This document shows positions 11,401 to 25,493 of a stretch of 64,000 bases of DNA, piece by piece (positions within the stretch are counted from its first letter, which is position 1; the number at the start of each line of letters is the position of its first letter). The position numbers were made by a program, and so were the translations under genes. The stretch is from Paramecium tetraurelia (lineage: Eukaryota). Location: positions 1 to 64,000 of the forward strand of contig CT868043.1 in assembly GCA_000165425.1 (NCBI GenBank), read 5' to 3'. The notes below the pieces were generated by a model that made no database searches, had not been told where the DNA came from, and was given only the letters and a program-made list of their open reading frames with translations.

Positions 11401-14400
11401 ATGTTGTTCCTAAATCACAAATAAATTTTATAAGAAATCTAATGAAAACAACCGATAAATTTATGAAAAAGAAATGTTTAGGATAGATATTTGAACACAC
11501 CAAAAATAGTAGCACAAACTCTAAGGCTATTCCTAAAATATAGGTTAGAAAATATAATTCAGTTGAGAAATGATCAATATTATATACAACATATAGTACT
11601 AAGGCGATTACTTCTAAAAATAATAAAGTTATTATTAACTTATATCTTTCAAATTTTAACCAAAGAATTTTTGATAATCTTTTGAATTTCATTTCAGTAT
11701 CTTTATTCATAAATTTCAAAGTAAATGGATTGACTTTGTCCTAATTTACTTTTAAATTAGTTCCAGAAACCATTTCTTAAATGGATAGATCAAGTTCATC
11801 ATTATTTCTTTTAAATATCTTACCAGCAATGACAGCAATTCTTTTAATTAAATTATGATATTTTTTGTAATTGCTTTTATTGTTCTATGTATTTACTTTC
11901 TATGAAATAATAGAAATTTCTTCATAGCATTAGTCTGTTTTTATTAAACTTTGACAAAATAATGGTTATATGGCTTCTATGCAACTACTTAAACATAATT
12001 ATGCACCGATATAAAAAAAAAACACAAACCAAGAATGAGGATCGGTAAATAATTGCTCAAAAGTCTCAATATTATCATCAAATGTATATTTCACTGATAA
12101 TAAGGACATACCTAACCAACATAATAAGTAGGCAAAAACCAATATTATCCAAGCCAAAACCTTCTAGACTGAAGAGACACACAATTTTACCAAATCACTT
12201 CCTACTAACAATATCAAAAGCATTTATCTGATGATTCCAATTTGAGTGTTTCCATAAAATAATGAAAAGCATGTCAACCAGAGTAAAACTGCATCTAATA
12301 AGGCATTACCATTAATTTTAAAAATGAATGATAATACCTTCTTTTTTTTGAATGTCTTAATGTTAATTTTAAACTATTCCTAATACATCTTAGAATCTCC
12401 ATGATAATTTTCATTTAATTTAGATATTAAACTTGATATCTATTGTAAAAATAACATTAAACTTTGATAAACAGTTAACCAACTTCCTTCTACTAACTAA
12501 TTATTCTATGAGCAGTTAGTAGAATAAATAAGAAATAGGGCGTACAATATCAATAAAGACCTATAGAAAGAAAATACCAATAGATCATCATAAACCTCAG
12601 CAAATATTCTACTCTCAAAAAACATCAAACCGCAGAGATCTTCAAAACTATTTACACATATATCAGATGTAGCCATTTTTTGTATATCTTTTATGCTATG
12701 TTGCCTTTTTAAAGGGTTCTCCAATATTTTATTCATGGATAATCTCTAAGTAAGTTTTCTTTTCGTGCTCTATTTTAGTTACTATTAAGAAATTGGTAAA
12801 TGACAGTATTATATTCCTATATTTGCTTATCTAAACATTTAAATATCATTAAACGAATCTCCAATTGATAATACTTTTTTATTTCCTTAAAATTATGTTT
12901 AGATGATCTTAATAATTTCGGCCTTTTAAAATGCATTAAATCTATAAGCAATAAGAGAATTGCAAAAATACAAAAGGAATGTTAAATGTGCTAAGAATAC
13001 ACTATCCTCTTGTATAATATTAAATTATTCACCACTTAGCACAATTGAAAAAGCTCTTATCTCTCCGTATTATTGTTATTATTACAATTGTTGTTATTAT
13101 TATTATTATGTCTATTGTTAAAATTGATTATGTGAACTTTTTCCTACAGATTTATTTTAATTAAATGTATCTGGATTATAATAGTTGTCTATGCTTTTAT
13201 GAGCTTTATCGGTCAATGTATTTAAGCGAATCGTTTTTGACTGTACTGCACTGCTCACATTGAGATTTTGATCAGGCACTTTAAGTTATTAAGCCATTTA
13301 AGCCAGTTAGTTTTTAATGACTAATTTGGCATTATCAGAGTCAAGGTATAAAAGTTGATCCGTATTTTAAAGTAGACCAGATCTGTAGGCAACAGGTAAA
13401 ACTCGATTCATTTCATCACCAGACAATAGAAATAAACTCAAGTCTGCTTATTTCATTTATTAAATCAATAATTTAGCATCAGGCCTTATCTTTTCTTTAA
13501 TTCCCAAGACTTGCATAATTTACATATCTTTTTCTATATCATTGAACAATTAAATTAGTTCAATTTATGATTGTTGAAATCGAATTTAAGAATACTTATC
13601 TAAGAATTCGTTTTTTTCATTATCCCTTAAATAGATCTTTGAATAAACTACAGTTCTCATTCCAGCTATATGCAATTTATTAAAAACTCTATCCCAATAC
13701 TCTCTGCTATTCTTATCAATATCTACATATGATGGAATTTGATTAAGTTCTTCTCTAACTATTAAGACACAATTAATAAAATCATTTTCTTCTTCCTATT
13801 CGTTTATAAAAAATTGAAATTAATCTGCCAATTTATCTGGGTATTGTATCAAAACTCCTAATCGAGGGTGATTTTAACATTATTCATTGATAGAGAGAAT
13901 TTAGAATTCGTGCATTTCACCCAATAACTCTATGATATAAGTTATCTTTCCACCTGTTTCATTAGTACAAACAAATTTGACATCAAAATATTAAGCAAAT
14001 CTCATTAATTCTGAATCTAAAGTTGATTAAGTAGAATCATGAATAAATTAATCATCATATTAAGTAAACTTAGATGCAATTTCTTAGCATAACAGTAGAG
14101 AGAGAATGGCTTCTTAATAAAATATTTATGAAGGACCACAAACAAGTTTTTAATAGAATTCTTAATCTTTCTAAAATGCTATATCATATGTGTCTTCGTC
14201 CATATAATAATATTATTAGGTAGCTTTATTATTATTATTTCTATTCACGAAGGATGATTGCTTTTTCACATGTCTGTATTCCTCCTTTTTTGTGGCATCA
14301 CTATCACTTCTTGGTTTTTTTTATCTATCACTCGTTACAGATTACTTATCTTCTTAAGGCATAAGTTGTATTTCCTCAAAAGGACTAGATGAAGGGGATT

Positions 14401-16454
14401 ATTGGATTGATATTGACTAGTTAACGATTATTGATTTGTTAAAGAATGGCTTAGGTCTATTTGCCTTTAAATCAGGAGTAATCCTGCAATGAGTATCGTC
14501 CAAATCTTCAGGTCTAATATTTTCAATTATATGTTAACCAATCAATTCAGTATTGTTTCCTTCAGAATTTTTAACATTCGCACTTTCTAATTCAGATTTA
14601 CTCAATATAGCTGATTACTATAATGGTTAAAATGTTGATATTTTATTATTAAAGTTATTCTCATCATTTAAATGAGTTTAATGTAGTAATGTGGATCGAA
14701 ACTTTTATGTTTGTTATTTTCCTAATGACTTGGATAGTCCTGACACTGTATTTTTGAAGCCATTACTTCTGCTTTTGGATTATTATTCTAAAGCAATTTA
14801 TTCATCAGAATATTCTTCCTATTCTGGAATTCTAAAATTAGGATTTTATTTTAATTATTATTTGAAATTTTCCTTAAAAAGTTGCCATCCATTTTAAATT
14901 TTTTTCTACCCAAACTTATACATCATATCTTCTATAATTATGGATCTCACTCTGAATTCTCCAGTAGTTAACGTTCCTGTCTTATCAAAGCATACATATT
15001 CAGTCATAACTAAGTCGCCAATTGAAACCGAATTCAATTACTCATAATTTATTTATGGTTATACATTCTGGAAGTTAAGTCCTCCAATACTATTACCAAC
15101 TTTAATTCTCATCTCAGATGATTTATTCTGATTAAATTTGACATATTTATAATGGGCATAACTCATTTCAATGATGTCAACACAATTGTAAAAATATATT
15201 GGAGTTGTCTTTAAATATTGAACCATATAAAATATGAGTGTAGTAGAATCAAAGATTGTTTCATTTTAAGATGCTTAACAAACTCCGAAAGATGCTATTA
15301 GCCAACTTATAAATGTTATTATGATGCTAATTGTTAAAGTTAAAGCGAAGAACATTCTGGACTTTTAAACAAAGAATGATTTCTTTTCTGCTTGTCTCAA
15401 TTTATCATAGCATATGCAATTTTAACCTGCAAATAGCACTAGTCCTATTAAATACTAGCAGGTCTTTAGTTGTTCCTCCCTTCGAATGATATTATTTCGA
15501 GTAAAATTCTCACCTTTTGGATCTTTTTTTAATTTAATATAACCATAAATGTTTTCAGTTTTATCTTTATCAAATTATATTTAACCTGTCAAAATTTTTT
15601 TATAATCAAATCCTGATGCTTTATATTTTCCGTTTTTGAGCATCGTCAATGATGTAGGTTACCGACCCTCCTCTGTTGTTTATCCATCTAATTATTATGA
15701 GGATACTCCAACAATATCGTCTGAAACATCAATAATTAATATATCAGCTGGAGAAATCTCATTTCGTTTTAAATAAACTAAATCACCTACTTCAAGTTAT
15801 TCCCAATTGATATTCTCATAGAGCATTAATTTTTCCCTTCTTTTAACTGATTAAACTGAATGAGGTTTTTTTTACATCTCCTGTTTAGTAATTGTGACTT
15901 GTGGTTCTTTTGAATTTAAGAAATTATCGATCTATTATTAATTTTATTACGACTTATTTCCAGAAGCAATTTCTTTCCTCAGTCTTCTATATCTTGTTAT
16001 ACCTCTTTGATTTGTCCTCTTATCGTATTCCATTTTTAAGTAATCAAAGTAGAATGCCTTCACTACTTACAAGACATAATGCATTGAAAGTGGCAAGATG
16101 TACACAACCAAGTCTTCAGGACTTAATAATCAACGCATTGTTTACTTAATTTAAAGGTAACTAAAATGAAGAATCATAACAATATAATATATTAGGACTC
16201 CTATTCTTTCAAATTATTTGAAAAATAAAAAGAAAAGCAAGGTCTTGAAATCAAAATAACCCGTATTGATCTTATTGCTTAATTCATATTGTTTCACTCC
16301 CTTAATATTTAAGACTTCTCCGCAATCGATTTCAATCTAATGTGATTTATAGTATCAATACTTAATAATGAAACCTGGTTTACTTCCTATTATTTTTGAC
16401 ATTGTCGTATTTTTTTTTCAATTGTTGATAAATTATTTTTCCAATGGTTTTCAT
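8406..16454 (-). CDS. Alveolate-type bifunctional P4-ATPase-like / guanylyl cyclase
   Basis: N-terminal ATPase motifs: LDGQT (15677-15691), CFDKTGTLT (~14966-14992), LSGDE, IGDSFND. Two class III cyclase domains after TM blocks: QKVETVGKTYMAAGG..HKPQFSLIGDTVNTTSRV (~10480-11000) and FADIAGFT..KLYTIGDCYV..RYDVYGADV (~8500-9040). ATG at 16454 with a 25-nt first intron. Confidence 0.93.
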
Positions 16455-16617
16455 TTATATTTATTATAAAAGTTTGAAAAAATAAGTTATTTCAAAGCAA
16501 TTTAAATTTATTACTTGAAAATACTGCTATTATCTCTAATTCGTGAGCCATTTAATAAAAATTCATCAAAAAACAATTACAAGAAAATAACCTTAAGATA
16601 ATAATTTAATATTAATA

Positions 16618-19600
16618 ATGAAATTTTCATTCTTAAAACATAATCTAGAGAGCCTGTTGAATCACTCCGAATAATTGGATTCCCCGTCTTCAATCATTAG
16701 GAAGTTCGGTCCATTCTTAATGTCGAGCTTATTCAATTAGTAATTGGAGGAGAGCAAACAAGTGATAAAACATATGGAGCAGAACATAGATTAGGCTTAA
16801 TTTATAAGAAATTTCTCCTATGAGCCTGGTATAAAAAATTGGAGGGTCAATTTGAAAAAATCATTAGAAGGTTTAGCATGTTCTTTAATCGTTGGCAATC
16901 CCAATCTTATTAATAAACATTATGTTGAATGTTTGTATGAAAGCCAAATACCAATTTATGATGCAATACCACTAGCCTACACTTTAGTCATACAACAGAT
17001 AAAGAAGTGGCCTTTGTTGGAAGAGAAGGAAGTGTTGTCAAGATTAAACTTGTGTTTGCAAAGTTAAAAATAAGAATTTCAAAAAATAGGTCCCCATGTA
17101 TTTTAGATGAAATTGCTTCTTTCAGATTTAGGGATATATTATCCTGAAGTAGCTAATTTCTTAAAAGGTAAAGTGTTTAACTCAGATTTACCATTGAATT
17201 ATTTTGCCTAAGATTTGAGAATTGAATATTAAGACTTTTTTTTTGAAGATGGGAATCTAATCGATCTTAAAGTTGGAGATTAAGTGTATCTATTTCTCTA
17301 ATCTGAAGATCACGAGAATCAAATTATGAGGACTTTTCTTCAAAGATATGTTAGGATTAAAAGAATATCTGAATTATACCCTAATCTACATGTGATTTGG
17401 ATACATAATGACATGAAGAAAGAATAATTATATAAAATAATTGGTGCTTGAGTTATTATTTTTCATAAATAGCAGTATACATAAAAATATATTTATAAAT
17501 TAATGAAGAGAATATAAAATCTGATTGCTAATGGAAAGCAATTCTTAATCGATAGCTATTCAATTCATAAATCTAAATAAGTATAATCTTAAACTAAATT
17601 AGGCACTTAAAGCATATGAGAAATAGTAATACGAGAAAATCATTTCCTTGTGTTAGTATTGGAATACATATAAGTATATTTAAATAAATCAACACAAATT
17701 TCTGTTTTTCCTTATATCAGAATAGAATAACGATTTAATCAAAAAAATATTAGATAGAAATCCAATAAAGGAATAAATCTTAGGAGATGATGAAAATCCA
17801 AATAACTTTTTTCCATTGACATTTTCTGTGTTAAATGATGTCAAAGAAACAAACGAAGTGCTTATTGAAAATGGAGCCAACATCAACTAGGTACATAAAG
17901 ATGGTAATAATATTACTCATGTTTGTGCTTTCTTTAATAAAATCTAAGCTTTAAATTATTGCATAGAAAAAGGTGTAAATTATGAATAGTAAAATGAAAG
18001 AGGGGATACTCCGTTACATTTGGCATCTATGCAAGGACATTGCGAAATAATAGAGCGATTGTTGAATTTGAAATGTAATGTTAACATTGAGAACACAGAG
18101 CATCATCAACCTATTCATGAATCAGTCTTGTTTGGTTAATTTGATGCATTCAAAATTCTATTTAAATATTATTAAGGAATATAGAGGAATTCACAATCAC
18201 CACACATTGTTCATTATGCTTCAATGCTTGAAAACACATTTATTTTAAGTGAAATAATCAAAAACAATACAGCTTTAGTGAATCTTAGAGACCCTGTAAG
18301 CAATGCAGTTCCACTTCATTTTAGTGTTAATTCAAATTCTTTGGAGTGCACTAGTTTGTTAATTGTAAATATTTTTTTTGATATTTTTAAAGGAAAGTGG
18401 GGCCTTGCCCAATGTAAAGGACAAATTTGGGAACACTCCTATGCATTTGGCTGTGGAAAAGAAAAATTTAGAGATATGCAAATTATTATGTTTGAAAGGA
18501 GCTGATATTGATATAGAAAATGAAGATAAATTGACAGCCAAAGATTTAGCTGAAGTTGATTTAGATAGATAAATTTTGGCATTATTTTAATCATAATCCA
18601 GATATTCAAATCTTTTCAGATAATGATGTTTAGAGATATTGTTTGTTTGTATTGGTAATTGAATTTCACATAAAATGAATTAAGACTCATTTATAAATTA
18701 ATATTAAATTAATAGAAGAAGAGAATGAAATTAAAAGAAAAATTTTACGATAAACCAGATGCCACAACGGTTTCTTTGCTTCAGTCTATCAAAATGAATC
18801 CGTATTTCTAGAAGCTGATTTCATTTTCATTAAATTGCCTTTTCTCATAAATGTATTTACCTAACAACAAACATCGAGATAATTCGATCTACATTTTCAA
18901 AGGTAATGGAATAATGATCTTAAAGAGGGATATTCTATTCTAATTCAGTGTATTGATAATCATAGACAAAGTGATCAAGTCATTTAGAATGTGTGTGGTT
19001 GTTTGAATAGAATGATTGGTTTGCATAAATTTAGAGATGAATTCATAGCCAGGAATGTTATTGATAGCAATCTCAGCTATGTCATCTCATCAATAACTAA
19101 TAGATAACTATCATAGGAAGCCATTAAGGTAATATTGTCTCCTATTTTATAGTCAACACTAGACTTATATTAAAATCTGACCTTTACTTAGCTCCAAACG
19201 GATTCGCTTGCAAAATCCAATATTTTAGTGGGATTCGTCTAAATTTTAATAGTTTCCAAACCTTTAATTTTAGAGATGAAAAGGATATTCGATTTGGAAT
19301 ATAAAATGCTAAGTAGATTTTTAAATCTATGAAAATAGTTTAGGAATGTACAATTGAAAATATGAATATTCACGAACTCATTACCATCTATATTTAATTG
19401 ATGTAAGAGTACATCGATAATATTTTTGTTATAAAAGAATCTTTAAGAATATTATTGCTTTTAGTAAATAATCAGAATGCACTAAAAGTAATAAAATAGA
19501 AGCAGTCAATTCCTTTAAAAATAATGAGTGAGATTTTAATCTAGCATAATGATGTAAGTGTATAAATTGTATAAAGATCGATGTAAATGACAAAGGAGCT

Positions 19601-22600
19601 TAGATTCTCTAGAGCATCATAAACATAGAATAAATCTAATAAAGTATCCAATCAATTAAATCACTTGATTAATAAGCTGAGTTTTCCATGAGTCTTGTTG
19701 CATGCTTGATACCAGCTATTCATAATTAAATCAATTTAGATGAACTAATTAATATATTATTTGACTTAGTTAAAGGATACAAGAAAATAATCAAAAGAAA
19801 ACCAATCCTAAGAGATGCTCTTAACTGTTTGAGCAGACTCTATGATCAAGATCAAGATTATGTAAATACTTCAAATTGATTTTTAGGCTATCAAATTGAA
19901 ATAATTTTTGGCTCTAATGATGGAATTATATGAAAACGATGATGCTGAGGTAGTGGCTGCTTCATTCGATCTTAGTAGAAAACTTGGAACAAATCTTACC
20001 ATAGAGGAACTCAATAAGATAATTGAAAAGGTTATTGCTTAATTAGCATAATTGAAAGGCGTTAAAGATGGACTTCGATTATTATTGACTTATGCAAGCA
20101 AGAATGACAAGACTTTTAAAGCTATTGCTAAAGGAAAGGAAGCCTTTTTTAAAATTATTGAAAACGTTAACAATCAAACTTCTTAAGAGTACAATTCAAA
20201 ATTATTATTACTAATCCATCAAGAGATAAAAGATTATTTAATAAAGAAACTTTCTGTCATAGTTCAATTTATTCAAAAACACTATCTTTGGAAAAGATCA
20301 TTACTGTATTACATATAGATTTTAAATAAATATCCTGAATAGGTAGCCTAACTAAAATCAAATTTAATGATTTCTATTCTATCATGTAAAAAGAACAAAG
20401 GTAATCATCATCATTAAGTTACATATAGATTACATTAGCATTGTCAGTACTTTAAAACAGGTGAAAACTGATTCAGAACCTGAGGAAGATGATCCAGAAG
20501 AAGTTGCTATAGAATTTCAGTAGAATGAAGAATTAGAACAACAATTTATCATTTTAGTTAGAAACTTAACCAAATAAGATGATGTAAAAGCATTGTAGAA
20601 AGAAATCATAGGGAATAAATTTAATGATGAGCTCTCCTAGGTTATGCTTGAGATTCAATTGCTTAAACTCTCTTATTATGTGTAAATTGAAGGAACTTTT
20701 TACTTGTAAAATGATTATTTCACTGAATTAATGAATTACTTGTTGAAATTTCTTAAATCTTATAAAGCTGATATGATAGATATTGTTTAATGCATATTTC
20801 TATTGTTGTAGACCATGTCAACTTTGTATTGGAATGATAAAACTGGTACTCTATACACTCAAAAGAAAACATCTTAGTTATGTTTTGACTTTTTGTTTCA
20901 ATCACTAGAAAATGAAGAACTATTGGACTCGAGTTTGGACACCATACTATTCATGGGTTAAGGCTGCAAGAATACAAATAGAAAGCAACACTACTTGCTG
21001 GACATTCAGGATAATCAATATGTTATTTAATTAATAAGCTAATTGTAAATCTTGATGAAAAAATATGTCCAAAAAGAGAGAATTTAGTTGAAAATCTTGG
21101 ATGTTATTAAGATATATCTACTTTTTGAACTGTTTAAATAGAATGTAAGAGATCTCCCAAAAATACTATGTAGAAAATTACCAGAAGACACAACTACTAA
21201 AGAAATGGGATTAGAAACCATTTAAATATTATCTGACATTAATTACACTGATAATGCACTTAAATATGTTACATTGTTTTAATTGCAGCATTAATATGAT
21301 ATTGAAGTCATCAATTAAGTTATTCCTTATATTGATACAGTGTAAAAATATGAGGGGGATTCCTTTTTAACAGAAGAGATGAAGAAATAAATAAAATAGA
21401 TGATTCAGTATTTCGAAGAAATGGAGGATCCAGAAGTGGGAGCTGAATATATGGACAAGCTGAGTGTTTATTCCACAATTCCATAAGCCTTAGAATATGA
21501 ATTTGATTGCAATATCCTTGATGCCTTAGTAAATGTTCTAAAATACTGTGAATTAGAGAAGAGTAAATATATTACAAATTATTTAGATAATGATAGGTTA
21601 TTATGTTCTTCAATTAATATCTTAACTTAAATGTTGATAAATAATTACATTGAGCCAATAGAATTGGATAAGTGCTTCTAATTCTTATAACAAAAAAGAC
21701 ATAGTGAAAATCCTGTAAATTTATTGACATTCTATCTTTCCAAAGGGGAGGCAGTAATTTAGACAGATTACCTTTAATTTATATTGTAAAACTATCACTC
21801 GATATTAGGGATCTGATGGAAGAATACTAAAATAACAAGTTTGTAATAGCTAATTTATATGATATATTGTACAGGTCTTGTTTGAAGTCGAAAGATATTA
21901 GTAAAATCCTGGGAGATAAAAGATTTATTTAGAAATTAATATTACAAACTTAAGAATTAGTAATTGAATAAAGCAATGAAGAATAAGCGAAAAAGAACCT
22001 AGCCTGGTTAGAAATTTTATCCTAATCTGAACCTGTGGCTCTTAGAATCTAAAGGGAAAAAGGTAGAGAATTATGTTAGTTAATAATTAAATAAAATAGT
22101 GGTCATATTATGTTTGCCTTTAAAATATTGGCCAATTTGGCTAAATTTAGTTAGTCTATTCCTTTAAGCTTTTTTCTGGATTATTTAAAATAAAACTAAT
22201 TTCCTTTAGAAATATTAACTTCTCTTGATATTATATTCGAAAATGAGGAGATGAAACAAGAGTTTCTAAAATAAAATGGTTAATAGCTCTTGCATTAGTG
22301 GTAAAATGATTATCCTGATTAATGTGAGAAACTGCATCAACATTTCAAACCTAAATAACCTGTGATACCGAGATAATCACTGTTAAAATAGAGACAATCA
22401 TTATTATAATAAAAATAATTATTATTGTAGCTGAAATAAGAAAAAGAGGAATAGGAGAAATAATAGAAATTAGAGTAAAGTCAGGACAAAGAGAATATTA
22501 ATGAGAGTTAGTAGATGATTCAATAGAACCAATTGCCTGAATAGAATTAATAATTAATTAAGGACTGTTTAGAATTAGCAGTCAAGAATCCTTAGTAGAT

Positions 22601-24899
22601 AATAGATGAAGGGATGTTAGAAAGATTATTTTCAATTGAGGATTCTTGGGAGGTGTTTAGAAGGTTAACTAAACATCAAGATATAGCTGAATAGGTTTTA
22701 TAGCCAAATTCAAAATTGTATTAAAATACTCTTGAAGAATTGAAGAATTAAGATTCTAAATTTGCTGAGTAAGTGTTAGAAACAGCGGGCTAAATCTCTT
22801 AAGTCCCTGAAACACTTAGTGAATTTGCTTAGACTGAGGGGCCAGTTTAAATGGTGAACTTAATATAACATTAAGCTGATAATCCAAAAGTAGTTGAGGC
22901 AGGTTTAGAAGCTTTAAAAAAATTATGTCAAGATGAAATGATTTTAAGTACAATAGGAGATTCAAATGGAATTGATTTATAAAAAGATTTACTCAGTAAA
23001 TATTAGAATAATATTGAAATTATTAAGAAGTGCGATGAAATGATCTAATAATTATCGGTATCTGAGTCTTATTAGGATAAAATTGCTGAATTAGGGATCA
23101 TTTAATAATTGATTGAATAAATAAAATAACATCCTAATACTCTTGAGGTTGTGTAACCAGCTATTGAAGCTTTAGCAAAAATTGTCTATAGAAATGCAGA
23201 TAATGGAACCGTAGTGATGGAGAGTAAAGTTTTAGATGAAATTCTGCAATCCGAAATTTTAGATGATTTGGAAGAATCCTTACTGACTTTGATCAATAAT
23301 ATGTGCTATAAGAATGAGGAGATTAAAAAATAGATGAAAGTGGAATATCTTATCTAAATTTTGAGAAAGAATATTTAGTGTTTTAAATAAAAGTCTTTCG
23401 AGCAATGTGTAAATACATTATTTCATTTGGCTTCATATACATAAAATATCTAAAAAATGATTGAGTAGAAATTATTAGAAATTATCAATGAATTCATCAA
23501 AAAGCATCAAAAGGAAGTTGATTCCATTTTACTATTACTTAATTTAGAATTGAAAATAGCTGCTTAAATAAATGTTCCAATTGATATACAAACTGTAGAA
23601 TGCACATTGATGTAATAATTATTATGTCTAATTTAGATGTTTGTAAGTTGAAAAACTTGAATAATAAGCTCTACGTCTAATCAGATAAATCTTAGCCAAT
23701 TGTTATCAGTTTATTGATAAATTAAATGGATTCACTTAGATTGCCAATATTTTGAAGAAAGCAGAATAAAGTTCTTGTGTTCTTACTCTTGATGTTATGC
23801 TAAAGATGGCAGCCATTAATAAGGAATCAATCTCTAAGTTTGAGTAATTAAACGTAGGTCTAGACTTTTCAGAAATATTGAGAGTGAATAAAAACGATAA
23901 GAAATTATATGATTAAATTTTAGACTACAGTTTAAAATTGTTTAACAAAACTAATGAATTAGCAAATTAATTAATGATATTTATTTAGTAAAATGAGGTT
24001 ACTGAATTACAAATTGATAAAACCTTGTTAATTGTGGAATAGGTGGATGACAATGAAAACTTTATACCTATATTAATTGAATTGATCTAAAAGAATAATC
24101 ACAAGCATACGAAAACAATTAGTGTAAGAGTTTAGCAATTTTATTTTAGATCATTCTATCCAGAGAATCAAAGGTCTATCCTAACCAAATATTTGTAAAT
24201 AAAGGAATAGATGCTTGTGTAGCAGAGGTCTTAGGTACAAAAGAAAAAGAGGTTCTGATGAATGTAAATCCTTTGCTTTTCTTTTAGCTAGCCACAATTA
24301 TACTTGATGTTGCAAAATCCTTGGAAGAATACAGATAAAATATAGCTGAATAGTTTCTAAATTAATTGGAAAAACTTAATGAGCCAGTCTTAAATGAATT
24401 AATTAAATTCTTATAAGGACCCAAAAAGCAATTATCCAAATTAACTGATGAAATCAAAAACTTTTTATAAAAAGGAGAGATTCTAAAAATGTATAAGGAA
24501 GATGGTAGTCGAGGTTATTATAGGTTCTTTTGCGATGAAACTCTTTAGCAAATAAGATGTAGATAAGAAAGTACAAAATTGGTTAAACAAAAATGGATCT
24601 TGAAATTAAACTAAATTCAAGAAATTAAAGGAAATTACGACAAAAAATCCTTATCATCAAGTGCATTTGAAAATCAAAATTGGTTGGTTAAATAAATTCA
24701 TAAAATGAAGCATAAAGGTATCTAATTTAGTTATAATAATATAGTAATTGAGGCTGATAGATGTTTCACATTATTTGCATAAAAGAATGTGAAACCAAAA
24801 ACATTAAATGCACTTTGCAAATCAGAAAGCTAAAAAAACAAATGGGTTGAATACATTAAAATTTTGATTGATGAATAACCACTTTTAATGTAATAATGA
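16618..24899 (+). CDS. Very large (~2,600 aa) ankyrin-repeat + ARM/HEAT-like + C-terminal PH-like protein (GAC-like)
   Basis: Ankyrin motifs GDTPLHLASMQGH and GNTPMHLAVEK (17800-18560). Long helical repeat region with a Gln/Glu-rich linker at ~22380-22620. C-terminal IKNFLQKGEILKMY...CFTLFA...LNALCKSESQKNKWVEYIKILI. Continuity as one gene relies on several short predicted introns. Confidence 0.75.
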
Positions 24900-25493
24900 T
24901 TATGGAAACATGTGTTAAATAATTAATAAAAGTTGTACATCTTATATTTAGTAAAAATAAATTTCATAATTGTATATATTAGAATTGATTTTTTTCAAAT
25001 CTGATACTTGAGAAATTCAAAAATAATTACAAACTTCATTCGACTTTACTGATAATAAATAATTTTGAATCTTCTACATTTCTCTTAATCAAACTTTACT
25101 TTTTCTTGACCTTATTTAGTTGATTAATATTAATAATTGTTAATATATATATAGCAATTATATAAATATGAAGTAAACACAACCATGATAATCATGAAGC
25201 GGACAATTAAATTTCATTTCTTATCATAAAGAATAATCAAAATTTATAAAATATTATAATCTATGAAATTTTTGTGTTTCTTTAGGCAGTGAAATAGGTT
25301 TTAAAATTCATCAACTTCAACATTGTTTTATTAAATCTAAACAGTAAAGGTAAAATTGATTAAAGTGAGAGAATAATAAAAAATAAATAATTGAGAAAGT
25401 GTATAAATTAAAACTTTTTTATTATTGATTGAAAATAGGATCAGAATGAATCTAAGAATTCAATTTTATTTAATTAAATATACAATATTTTAT

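Noticed and set aside
13070..13125. (TTA/TTG)n microsatellite
   Set aside because: It is a poly-Gln tract encoded by TAA/CAA inside the GC coding sequence.
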